Below are positions 1-12,199 of a stretch of DNA of 64,000 nt, one piece after another. The notes under the pieces are model-generated. The model saw only the letters and a list, made by a program, of their open reading frames with translations, searched no databases and had not been told where the DNA came from. Positions within the stretch are counted from its first letter, which is position 1; every line of letters begins with the position of its first letter. Origin of the DNA: Gnetum montanum (taxonomy: Eukaryota > Plantae > Gnetophyta); the NCBI GenBank assembly GCA_015680685.1, contig MNCI01001640.1, forward strand, positions 1,563-65,562, given 5' to 3'. Position numbers and translations under genes: made by a program.

Positions 1-218
1 TAGCATAGAAGATAAGCCAAAAATACCAAAAAAATCACATACCTCAGACTTGCTTAACCATACACCGTGACACTTACAAGCAAGCCTGGGAAGACAACGA
101 ACGATTAACCCCAAGTGTTTCTTGTGGCGTTAAGGCATTTAGTCTGCGGAGTTCAACCGGATCGCGTGTGTACGCTCGTTTCGTATGGTTGAGTGTAGGG
201 GTACCTCGCCACTCATCA
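1..218. mobile_element. Terminal fragment of an LTR (ends ...CACTCATCA)
   Basis: CpG-rich segment ending in TCATCA (reverse complement TGATGAG..., a typical gypsy LTR terminus), followed by an abrupt switch to AT-rich decayed DNA. The other end lies outside the window. Confidence 0.3.
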
Positions 219-619
219 CTTGTGTATCTTAATGAGTTACTTGATTAATCAAAATTAATTATTTCATGAACAACATTAATGTAAATTGCATAAAATCTCA
301 ATATATAAATGCATAAGAAAGAAAGTCTCAAGTGTTGTAAGGAATGAGTTAAAGAGTTCACCTTTATTGCCAACACAATGGTGTGTTTAGGCACATCATT
401 ACTTGAATAAAGATACGCTACACTTAGACCTCCTAATGTGGGCACTTAGAAAATATTCTAACTCTGAAATGGATAAACTACAAGAGTTTTGCTACTTGAC
501 TACCAAAAACATACTTCCAATCGTGCACCTGGGCACTGTAGTTATAGACCCAGGAGTAACCCTGCAATATTGAATGTACGATATTGCATATTGGGCTACG
601 ATATTGCATACCTAATATT

Positions 620-3540
620 GCAACCACCCTAATATTGGAGTAATGAAAAACACGATTTATCAAAGAGGTACCAAATCAATTAAAGCTACCTATTACTAAA
701 TCCAAATTAGAAGGCATGACTTCTAGTTAGTGGGAAAAATAGTTTCAAGCTTATGGAAGATAAAATGGTTAATCCATCAGAGATTGAAATATGACGAAAT
801 ACAAGTTGAGAAGGAAATTTGAATAGTTTTGTCAAAGATAAAAGATCATTATGAAATTGAGATTCCTAAGGCAAAGTGATAGAGATGTAAAGGAGTTTTA
901 CATCAAATTTTGTGTACTATTCCATCAAGCTAAGATGAACTAGGATAAGTACAAACAAGCTTCAATCTTTCTAGGAGGTTTCAAAATGGCGTATCAATAG
1001 GATTTTTCCTTTTATAAGTTACAAACTCTTAATGAGGTATGTGATTTGACACTCAAGGTAGAAAAGAAACTAAGAAGATTTGGAAACAAGAGGAAACAAG
1101 CTTTCAAGAAAAAGAACAAGGGATCCAAAACAAAGAAGGAATCCAAGTCCAAAATTGAAGAAAAGAATGACAACTATTACAAGAAGATAGAAAAGGATAA
1201 TGAGAAGGACAAAGTCATGAAGAACCAAGGCAAGGAAGGCAAGGATTAAGGTAGCAGCGCATCCAAGATTCAATCCTTCAAGTGTGGAGAGTGAAAACAC
1301 AATAAATGAAAATGTTCACTTTTCAATGTCATCAAAGGTAAGGATGTGCAAACCATAGAAGTGGAAGAGACATCCAATCAAGCTCTTCAAAGAGGTAATC
1401 CTAATGCTCTTGAGATTGATGAAGTTTTTGAATTAAATTCTTGTGCATTCATGGGGAATGTGAATAGATGAGACCATCTTGCTAGAAAGTTGTTGTTTTG
1501 GATTACGATTAGTTATTTACTTAGTAAGGAATGGATTCATTATTTGATTGATGGGAAAGCCCAAGAAAATGTTATTTCATCTAAAGTAGTTTCTAGATTA
1601 GGTTTGGTGATTAATCCTAATTGAAGGCCCTAAAAGGTACATTAGTTATCTAGGGATTACTTGCAAGAGGTGAGAGACCAATATGTTTTGAAATTTAAAA
1701 TTGGGAGTTTTTATGATGTGGTAAAATATGATGTACTTCCAATTGATTGTACTGATGTAATTCTTAATAGATGTTAGAATTTTGACAACAATGCTTAGTT
1801 TCATGAAGCAAGAAATGTATAGAGTGTAGCTAGATCTAATAGCATCCATGATTTGATTCCTATGATAGTGGAACAAGTGAGGAAACAAAGCTTACTTAAT
1901 GCTTCCTTAATCCTTCTAGGAGAGAGGGACTATATTAAGGAACATGAAAAAACTAGTTTTGGTTTTGTTGTTTTATCAATAGTTTTTCTAACAATGATGT
2001 TGTGCACATATAACTATCAATAGGTTTGCAAGGCTTGAGGAAGCAATTTTCGAAGGTATTCAAAAGGAAATTTGATGGATTTCAACCAATGAGGAATGTA
2101 TAATACCAAATTGATTCCATTCATAGTGCTACCATTTCTAATGAGAGAGCATATTGGATGGTACCAAATCAATGGGAAACATTATAAAGGGAAGTAGAGA
2201 AGTTACTTATAAATGGCTTCATGAGGGAATCCATTTCATCCTGTGTAGTTCTAGCAATGATTGTGCCAAAGAAGGATAACATTGAATAAGAATGTGTATT
2301 AATTCTAGGACGGTGAATAGGATAATAGTGAGATATAGGTTTCCTATTCCAGGAATGAATGATATCATTGATGTCCTTACCAATGTAGAAATTTTTAGCA
2401 AAACTGATATGAAGAGTGATTACCATGAAATTAGAATCAATCCTAGTGATGAATGTAAGACAATATTCAAAACACTAGATGGATTGTTTGAGTGGTTGAT
2501 GATGCCATTTTGGCTCAAAAATATACTTGCTACATTCATGAGGTTAATGCATGATGTACTTAAAGACTTGATTGGTAAGTGTTGTATCATCTTTATTGAT
2601 GATATCTTACTGTACAACTCTAATGATGAGGAGCACTTGGATTACTTATGGAGAGTGTGTCTAAAATTGGAGGGACATTTGGTGATCAATGTGAACAAAA
2701 GCTATTTCTCTAGGAGAAAAATCACATACTTAGAACATGTAGTTTCTAAAAACCAAATTTGAATAGAAGCTACCAAGCTAAGTGCAATTAGAGATTGGCC
2801 AACTCTTCAAAATATTGTGTAGGTAAGATCAGTTTTAGCAAGTTTTTAGCAAGTTTTTAAAGGAGGTTTAACAAAAATTTCAATGGTATTTCTTGGCCTA
2901 TGTTTTCTTTGCTAAAGAAAAATAAAGATTTCAGGTGGGGTGATAAAACCCAAAGGAGCTTTAATTGACTAAATAGAAGAATTACCAATCAACCTATGCT
3001 TGCAATTCCAAATTTTCAAAAACATTTTTAGATGGAGGTTGATGCAAGTAGACTTGGCATTGGTGGGGTACTTTCACAAAAAATTAGACCTATTTCTTTC
3101 TTTTTAGAAAAGTTAATTGAGTTAAGGCAAAATTTTAGCATTTATGAGAAGGAGTTGTATGTTATTGTTTAAGTAATCAAGCATTGGAGGCATTACTTAT
3201 TACCCAAGGAGTTCACTTTGATAATGGACCACAAAGCACTTCAGTTTATAAATTTCCAAAAGAAGTTGAGTGCTAAATACATGAAATGGGTATTACACGA
3301 GCTAAATTTCCAAAAACCAATGTACTAGTTGATACATTGTCTAGGGTGCATGTGGTCAATTTCAATGTGCCTAATGTTGAAGGGATGGATGATTTCGTTG
3401 ATTTGTATGAATATGATCTAGATTTTGGGCATGATTAGAAGAGCTTCAAGGAACCATTGTTGAGTAGGATAGATTAATGCAGGAACTATCATATTCAAGG
3501 TGAACTTTTATTCAAAAATGAGAAGGTATGCATTCTTATC
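620..3540 (+). mobile_element. Degenerate Ty3/gypsy gag-pol, CRM-like chromovirus; truncated at the start of integrase
   Basis: Lys-rich gag with Zn-knuckle remnant (FKCGE..H, ~1277); protease-like LIDGKAQENVIS (~1543); RT MCINSRTVNRIIVRYRFPIP...FIDDIL (2292-2762); RNase H EVDASRLGIGGVLSQ...YEKELY (~3030-3200). Many stops and frameshifts. Confidence 0.85.
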
Positions 3541-4078
3541 AAAGTATTATTTGTATGTATCCAAACTTCAAAAAAATAAACCAATTATAATCAACTTTTA
3601 TCGAAGTATTCTGTTTGCATGAGCACAAACTCCAAATTGTGTAGACGTACAAAGAAAGTCCAGTCCTGTATGAATAGTCCAAGGCCTTATTTAAATCACA
3701 TAAATATAAATTCGAAACTCTAGCCCAAGATCATATATAAACCACATAGATATAAGTCCAAACTCCAAGGTGGGATAGACTTGATCGAGGCACGGTAATC
3801 TCATACGTCCGTGAATATGGAAATGGCAGTAACTGACGGACCTTAAGACGTAACGTGTTTAATAATTGGTATGCCTTTGTAGTTTCTGGCCACATTCATG
3901 GAATCCTGTGCATTTGTCTTTAATACATGACCGAACTTTCAGTCAACGATAACGATAAACCGATAATCCAAGTAATAATAATTAGTGAACAGAATTTCAG
4001 TCATACTGTATTTTCTGCATATGGTATGCATTAGACATCAGCGTACTCGACAGCAAGTCCAAGAATTTTAAACTCCAA

Positions 4079-7000
4079 ATGAGGGAGAAGATCATGATCT
4101 GGTCTCTCCTGGTTTTGATTTTCTCTGCAAACATCAACCATGCCCAGAAAGGTACTCAGAATTTCCCTCTGTTTTTCTACCCTAGAAACTCTTTGAATAC
4201 TTAATGACTTCTGATTGTTGAAAAATTGCAGGGTTCTTGAACATAGCCTGCGGATCAACATCAAATTTTACAGATACTAAAGGGCTCACATGGATACCTG
4301 ATACAAAGTATATCAAAGTCGGCCAAAGACAGCGTGTACCTCAAAATCTGCGTGCTGATCTTCATTACTTCCAAAATCTGAGGAAGTTTCCCAAACCTCT
4401 GAACAAGTCGTGCTACGAGATTCCCGTCTCCTCTGCACAGCTCTACTTGCTCAGACTATGGTTTATCAATACTTATAGGAATTGGCCCGGACCGTTCAAG
4501 TATTCTGTTGAGACCGACGATATGCTCTATGAATCTGACAAGCTCTGTGCTACCGGTAATGGATATGAACAGGTTCTGATGACGAAGGCAAAAATTGTGC
4601 ATGTTTGCCTCAACAGAATTACTGAGACAGATCCGTTCATATCAGCGATTCAAGTGATCGAATTGAAGCATGGAATGTACCAATGGGCACTCCCTGGACG
4701 CATTCTAGTACTGCCGCTTGGCAATAGAGTTGAGCTTGGCGGAGATTCAAATCGGGTGATCAGGTACGGCCTCTCAGTTTTCAGTTGTCGTTGCAGGAAT
4801 TTTATTCCGTTTTCAAAAGATACGATACAGTGCAACTACCTCCTAGTAATCTAGTATAATTATATGTATAATCATCACTCTGAACCTCAATCTTTTTTAT
4901 GTAGCTGCACTTGGCTTTGAAGCTTGGAAAGGCAAAATAAAAAACAAAAAATAATAGATTCTCGCTCTTCAAGGTTAAATAATGAATAGCATATCATAGC
5001 TATATGATACAATTCTACCAATATTATGCCAAATCAATTTAATATATTAACATTGTTTTATTTTTTTTCACCCGATGTATTGCTTAGGTATCCAATAGAT
5101 GATTTTGATCGCATATGGTATCCTCGCTGTTATTCGGATAAACGGACTATCAGTACCACTTCAAAAATTTCTGTAGACTCTGCTGCGGATTACCCTCCCT
5201 CTGCTGTGATGCAGACAGCTCAACTGCTCAATACTTCTGGAGGCGAATCCTTAACCTTTCTTTCCTATTCTGTTGCATTGAAAGCATTAATTTTGTTATA
5301 CTTCTCAGAAATTAGGAACTCTACAAAATCTTTCAGCTTTAATGTTTCTGATTCATACGAAGGAACGGTATTTGCCAAAAACATGACCTTGATTCGCAAG
5401 TACACTGCCGTGGAACTTGGAATACAGCCTGAACCTCAGAAACAGTATCGTATCTTCTTGAAATCGTTCGATCGGAAATATGCGATTCCTTTGAGCGCAT
5501 TTGAAAGTTACTGCACAGTGAATACGATGCAAAGAACAGCATCTGAAGACGGTAAGCAGTTCCCCTTAGTTCTGTTCTTTTCTCCTTTCTGAACATGTTT
5601 TGCCAAAATGTTAGCTGTAGCTGAGTGTTTTGTACTTTTACAAAACGTGGCAGTGGAAGTATTGAATGAGCTACAGAACAAACAGCGGCCCAACTCTCTC
5701 AATGTATCTTGGATTGCTGACCCATGCTTTGTCTCGCCCTGGCAGTATATCAGCTGCAGCTCCGATATGAGAGTTTCCCATCTGTGAGTAATATTATAGA
5801 AAATTGAAATTGAATTATTGATTATTTTTATATTGCAATTTGTAAAAGGTTTAATGTTATTATTTTGGATTGGGTTTACAATTTTCCACCGTTACAGGTA
5901 CCTTTCGGGGAAACATTTATCGGGTTCTATACCAAAGAGTTTGGGAAATTTAACCGCTTTAGTATATCTGTAAGTATGCGTGAAGGTTTAATCATGTTCT
6001 TAAAATAGCTTTGGTTTAGGTAGTTGAATATCTGGATAATATGCCTGTTTTCTAAATTTGTTTCATCAGTGATCTTTCTAACAATTCGTTAGAGGGCCCT
6101 CTGCCAGACCTTTGTAATCTCACCATGTTGGAGACAATGTAGGAATCTTTTTAAATTTACGTTGCATTCAGTTGTTAGTTCTTATTTCTTAATCCTTACA
6201 AATCATCTCAAAATGCATTATATTCACGTTTCTTTTGCAGAGATGTAAGCAACAACAAGCTAAATGGCAGTCTTCCAGGGTGGTTGGTTAAACTTACAAG
6301 GCACAAACTCAAAGAAATATAAGTCAGTTCTTTCAAGTCGTAAGTAAAGGGTTTAGAAGACTCGTGTGTATGAAGGAAGTTTCATCAAAGCTTGCTTATT
6401 AAGTTATTATCAATCTGACAATTTGTGCATCTTTCCACTTAACAGATATGCGGAGAATAATAATTTCAGTGGCGAAATTCCTAGGGCACTTGATAAACTC
6501 GATCCTGCAAAGTAAGATTTTTCTAAAACATGTAAAGTGACAAGAATGTGAACATCAAAACGGTTACCTAAGCTGAACACTTCATTGATTGATTGGTGCA
6601 GTTTCTCTGGTAACCCTTACCTTCACCGACATTATTCAAATCCAAATTCAAAGGAGAAGAGTCAGAAGAGTCATGCAGTGATAATTGGGGCCACAGTTGC
6701 TGGGGTTTTGGTGCTCTTTATCCTCACAACAATTCTAATCGTCTTCCTTCGTGGCAAGAAAATGGCTGTCAAAGCCATGTACAAAAGTAAGCTCCAAGTT
6801 TAACTTTTATGTGATTGGGAGACATATTCCTAGTCTTAGCTTGGCTTGAAAGCGCTGCCAAACCAAGCCTGTGATTATTGATGTGACATGTCATTAAAGC
6901 CTTTACTTCGACGTATATGCAGAACCATCATCTAGTGTGAAGATTCCGCAGTCCACCAACTGCAGATCCTTCACAATGGAAGAAATGAAATCGGCCACGC

Positions 7001-10000
7001 AAAATTGGCCGTGGTGGGTTTGGTTGTGTCAAGGAACAGATGAGTTTCTTAACGAGGTAAATAATACTTAATTACAAGGATTTTAGCATTAGTTGTAAAT
7101 TTTAATTGATGTTACGTTTTTGAACTAGCAGCGATAAAAAATTACTGAAAACGTAGTTTAATTTCTTACCCTTCCAGGTTGTGATTCTATCCCGTCTGAA
7201 TCACAGAAGTTTGGTGAAGCTTCTGGGGTATTGCAATGATTCAGATGAACTCATGCTTGTGTACGAGTAAATGCCACGTGGATCCCTCAAAGACCATTTA
7301 TCAGGTAGCTAGCCCATTTCCTATTGATTATTATCTCTGCTTGCAAGTTGCAAATATTTCGATCCAACAACAGGCACAGTTAAAATGTAAGTTTACACTT
7401 TTCCACCAGGTAATATGGAAACGTCCTTGACAAGTAGTGCGACGGTGCCTCTGGATCTTCCTTGGAAGAACAGGCTTAAAATCGCCCTAGATGCTGCTCG
7501 TGGTAAACCTTTCTTGATTGATTGTTTGTTTTAATTTCATTTGTTAATTTTCTTTCCTACGCACCACATAGAGAAGATTTAACTGTATTTTAAAATCCTA
7601 ATTGAAGGGCTGGAATATCTGCACTCGGAATGCAACCCAAGAATCGTTCACAGAGACCTCAAGTCTGCCAACATTCTGCTTGACAACAAGTTAAATGGAA
7701 AGCTTTCGGATCTTGGCCTTTCCAGGGCAGTCATGGACGACGATGCCACTCATGTGACCACGACAGTAAAAGGCACAGCAGGGTATCTAGATCCAGAGTA
7801 ATGATCACAAAACATACACTGCTGGACCAGTAGTTTAGTGCTCTGATGCCTGGCATTCATGTAACTGCAGGTATTTCAACATTTGAATTATTCAATATTC
7901 AATACTGCAGGTCTATGCATCAAAAGAATCCGATTCGTGGAAGCGAGGAATCGAGGATTCGTGATTCTGAACGTGTTGGGTACGTGTGCCTCAAAAAAAA
8001 GTGGGGACGGGTTCGTAGCCGGGGACGTGATAGAGAAAATTTAAATATATTAATTTTTTAAAAAAATTAAATCTCATATATCATATAAAAAACGTTGTAG
8101 AATATATAACAAATACAATGTAAATTCAAAATATTGTTAATGCTTAAAAATTGCATAAAAGATTGCAATGAAACATTAAGTATTGAGTCTCATGTGTATT
8201 ATAAAATATTTTAACATTATCATATATATATATATATGATAAAGAGTTTCTTGCCAAAGCTTAGAAATTGTCACATTGTTCAAATTCTAATTTTAACCTA
8301 TATTTTCTCCTTGCTCTACTCTAAAATGTAAATTTGTAACTCTACTCTAAAGAGTAAATTTGTAAAACCTGCTTCATTTTGTTCTGTCATTAATAACATT
8401 TGCATGGCAATCATCTTCATCAAGGATTGAATCATCAATATTAAGATTCATTGCTCGAGGAACATTAACTAAGTCAGTAGAATAACTTTCTCTATCATCA
8501 ACTATTGGAACATCATCATCTTCTAAATTAACATCCCAACAAAGAATAGGTGATTGCCTATATTTTATTTTATTTCCTTTCTTTCTTCCAATCTAATCAT
8601 GCTATGAAGAGATACTAATTTTTCAACTCTTTTTGGAGTTAACTATTTCTTTTGATCCGATAAATGAAAAAATATGTTGACCAATTTCTTTCAGAAAAAG
8701 ATGCAACCTACATAAATGATAAAAATAAGAATAAATTTTTGCATTGTTAAAAAATTTATTTTATAAATTATTCAAAACTTCATCAATAAACAAACTCATT
8801 TGAAACATAAGACCTAATAGCCTATTAATTATGGTGTTTAAAAAATGCATGATATATAAAACATCACTATTTCAAGTTTTCAAACATCACATTTCATAAA
8901 TTAATTAAGAAAATTAATACGTATTAATATTTATTATATGTTTAATAAAAAATTGATCTGACAAAGAAACTTCACTGCTAAAGTTTGAAATCTAAGAGTA
9001 TCTGCTACTATCTCCACCATGCAAACTCCACCATCCAACTAGATCGAGCTATTCTATCCATATCAAGTATAGCATCTTCACATTTAAATGCTTTTATATG
9101 TCCTTTAGTAAATTGAAACCTATTCCTACATCAAAATCAAAAAATCGTCACAAGGCCTTGTTGGATTTAATGCATATTCAACCATATTCTTAATATTTAA
9201 TACATATGCAGCCATATGCAATAGGGTATTTATAGTCTTCATTTTTTTTAAATCAATGAGCATTATAAAAATCAAGAGAGCTATCAATTTCTATACCATA
9301 TTTTCATAAATTACATAAATTTCTTATCTTTATCAACATAAAAGATGAAATCAACAATAGGTTGTGCCATTAGAAAAAATATTGCTACATTTTCATAAAA
9401 AACTAATACCAAACATATAAGCCAATAAAGTTTATCACATTTTTACACCAGGAATCCCTTCCCCACCACCATTTTTACAGAGCTCTATTTGCTTCTGCGC
9501 TGTTAATAATGCTCTCGGCAAGTTCACAACATGTTTTGCACTTATGGGCTTGCTTTATAAAGTTGGTATAGCAAGAGATTCAAAGGCGGGTCTTTGGAGT
9601 TTTCAAATTTGTTGTTGTGGGTTGAGTTCATGCCTCTTGCATGTTTGACTGCAGATGTTAACTAGGGCTTCATAAAGAGATTTGGGAAGGATATGGTGCT
9701 GAAATTTTGTTTGAACTTTGAAAAAATGTATGTTTCGAACTATTCTGTTTGCACTTGCAAAGGGAGAGACGCCTGAAAGCAGTTTTGTAACCAACTGATT
9801 CCCTTCCCTCACAGGTTGTGCATTTATTATGACTGGCCGAAATCACGGCCCTTACCTGAAACCAGAGACGCAACATGAGATGGCCATGGCCTATGAATAA
9901 AAATACGAAACCAATCCACTAAATAAAAATCTTTTCTCTAAAATCTGAATAAACTAAAACGAAAAGTAAAAATCAGGTAAATCTAAGCAAAATAGGCAAC

Positions 10001-11549
10001 TCAATTGATACGAAAATCCACTAAAATCCACTACTAAAGATCAGACAGGAACGTGTTCTCACCCAAACTGGAAGAGCAAGACGGAAGGGGAAGAAAAACG
10101 GATTTCGTGCTCACGAATCAGGATAGAGATGGAGAGAAATCTTTACAGCAAAAGAAGCGGAAAATAACAAGTGAGAACCAAGAGCGAACGTTCAGCGGAA
10201 AAATTGTGCACTAAGAGTACAAAGGTAAAGCATGTAGCGCTCACATTTAAAAAATGGAAGAAATATCATCCTGATTTTTTAAGAACAAAAACTAGAATTA
10301 AGGATTGAAGAGAGCTGCTCGCAATGCGTGCTTACGCAGGCTCGACAAGCCTGTCCAGATTGCGCTAGAAGGAAACCATTGATTTTCTGAAAAATATAGA
10401 ATGATAAAAAAATATAGAAACTGAAAAATATATAGAATAATAAAGTATGTGCAGCGCATTCTGTAAAGGTAACAACTCATTCTCTAAGCATCAACAGATA
10501 AATCCGATAAGGCAAGTCTCCTAGCCAGTCACCCAAATCAAACTGGGCAGACGAGACCCTTGCATCAAAAAAAATGTTCATCGTCTTCTTCTTCATTGCC
10601 TACAAATGAAAAACTGAAAATGAAGCAAAAAAATTTTAAGCTGAAAGAGAAACAAAGCTTTTGGAGAGTGCGAAAGCATCCAAATCCTTATCAATGGCAG
10701 AATAGGAGGAGCGTCTGTAAATAAAAGGTATTGGACGCGGATGCAATTTGCAGGAAACAGGTAAGATTTGACGCGATTTGCAGTAAAAATAGGTAAGATT
10801 TTAATCGACAATGAATGTTCTTGTTGAGAGTTGAAAAATCGAACGAAAAATTATAATTTACGTACCCAATGCGGATTTTACACGCTTCTGTACGCGTGCC
10901 CGAATCCACCGCGAACGGTTCGTGAGATTTTCTTGGGAATCGCGAATCTCCGGCGCATAGCTGCAGGTATTTCAACACACATGCGCTGAGAGAAAAGAGC
11001 GATGTGTACAGTTTCGGAGTCGTTCTGTTGGAACTGGTTTCTGGGAGGCCACCCATAGATCAGAAGCTAGGCGAAGACCAGATCAATCTCATTCAATGGG
11101 TAACAAACCATGGTTATTTGCAGAAAAAAAAGGAAAACGAAACAAAAAAAAAAAACTCACAATAAAAGTGATTAATTGAATTTTATCTTCTTGATGATCG
11201 TGCTGAACAGGTCACACCATATGTAGAAAAGGAAGATCCAGAGGAACTAGAAACCATAGTTGATTGGAGACTGAAAGACAGATCAAGGAGCATAAGATCC
11301 ATAGGCATAGTGAGCAGGCTGGCCATGAGGTGTGTTACACTGCAACAATCTGCAAGGCCTGATGCAAGGGAACTTGTTCAAGTTCTGGAAGAGGCCATGG
11401 CAACAGAAGATGAAGCATTTCCAGAAGCAGATTCTGTACATTCAAGTGCACCCAGAGGCGGTGATTCTGCAACCAGCAGCAGCTACAGCCATAACGTTGA
11501 TTCAGCCGGCAGTAGCCAAAACCATAGTTCTGACGAGACGACTGCATAA
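4079..11549 (+). pseudogene. Malectin-like-domain LRR receptor-like Ser/Thr kinase (LRR-I type), 15 exons, pseudogenised
   Basis: Exons by splice signals and phase: 4079-4151, 4232-4763, 5088-5551, 5654-5783, 5898-5969, 6070-6138, 6241-6318, 6446-6511, 6602-6786, 6923-7056, 7178-7304, 7410-7502, 7608-7797, 10967-11099, 11211-11549. Signal peptide; GFLNIACG and RYPIDDFDRIW malectin-like motifs; WIADPC..W..I.C cap; four single-LRR exons; TM helix; kinase [38 protein letters not shown]. Lesions: donor GT>AT at 6319, deletions in exon 10, TAA at 7268-7270, hAT insertion. Confidence 0.93.
7913..10960 (-). mobile_element. hAT-superfamily DNA transposon, internally deleted and non-autonomous
   Basis: 8-bp TSD CTGCAGGT (7905-7912 and 10961-10968); imperfect TIRs CTATGC...GCATAG with CG-rich subterminal GATTCG/CGAATC motifs. 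Minus-strand transposase relics at ~8590-9240: LHMAAYVLN, GWWSLHG, SERNWSTY...KRVEKLV (hAT dimerisation domain). Confidence 0.9.
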
Positions 11550-12058
11550 TATAGAAGTTTTATTTTGAATGCCTCTTGGGGTTAGGATATATGTTGGGAT
11601 TAATGATGTCAGTTATATCAAGGAAGATCTAAATAGTGGTCCAGTGTGATGAACGGTTTACATCGAGATTCCAGCAGGTAATACTACAACAGTGAAATCA
11701 AATTAAATAGTTTTAACGAATTAATGTAAGCCATAACATGTTTATATATATTTGCTTTTGGAAATGAAGAATTGGTCATGATCTATTAATTTGTTTATTG
11801 ATCTGTTAGCCGTTAAAGTCACTTTAAAATATATACAAGTTTCGGTTGCAGCCTTAGTAGTTTACTCGGTTTCACCAAAAGCAAAGGCCACGGCAAGTAA
11901 TTCACTCTAAGTTAAGCGCTGTTGTGCATTACGTGGCTCTTAATGAAAACTTTTTAGCCAAGTATTTGACGGTCCAGGTTATATAGCAAATAAAACATCA
12001 CAAAATGTGTCATATTGCATTTTTATTCCCCAATTTTTTTACACCCCTTCTATGGCTC

Positions 12059-12136
12059 TTGGGTATTACATTATAATTATTGTTTATGTGTTATTTGGGT
12101 ATTACATTATAATTATTGTTTATGTGTTATTTGGGT
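12059..12136. repeat. 36-bp tandem duplication (about 2 copies)
   Basis: TTGGGTATTACATTATAATTATTGTTTATGTGTTAT occurs twice in tandem. Confidence 0.9.
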
Positions 12137-12199
12137 CAGTGGTTAAGGACAAGGTAGTTGATTATGATGCAAATCTAAAATACAATTATGATATCTATA

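Noticed and set aside
3830-3950. W-box and TGACG motifs upstream of the kinase
   Set aside because: They fit a defence-gene promoter but are too short to distinguish from chance.
4079-11549. Naming the kinase SYMRK, IOS1 or another specific gene
   Set aside because: The malectin-like/LRR/kinase layout is shared by a large family; orthology needs a phylogeny.
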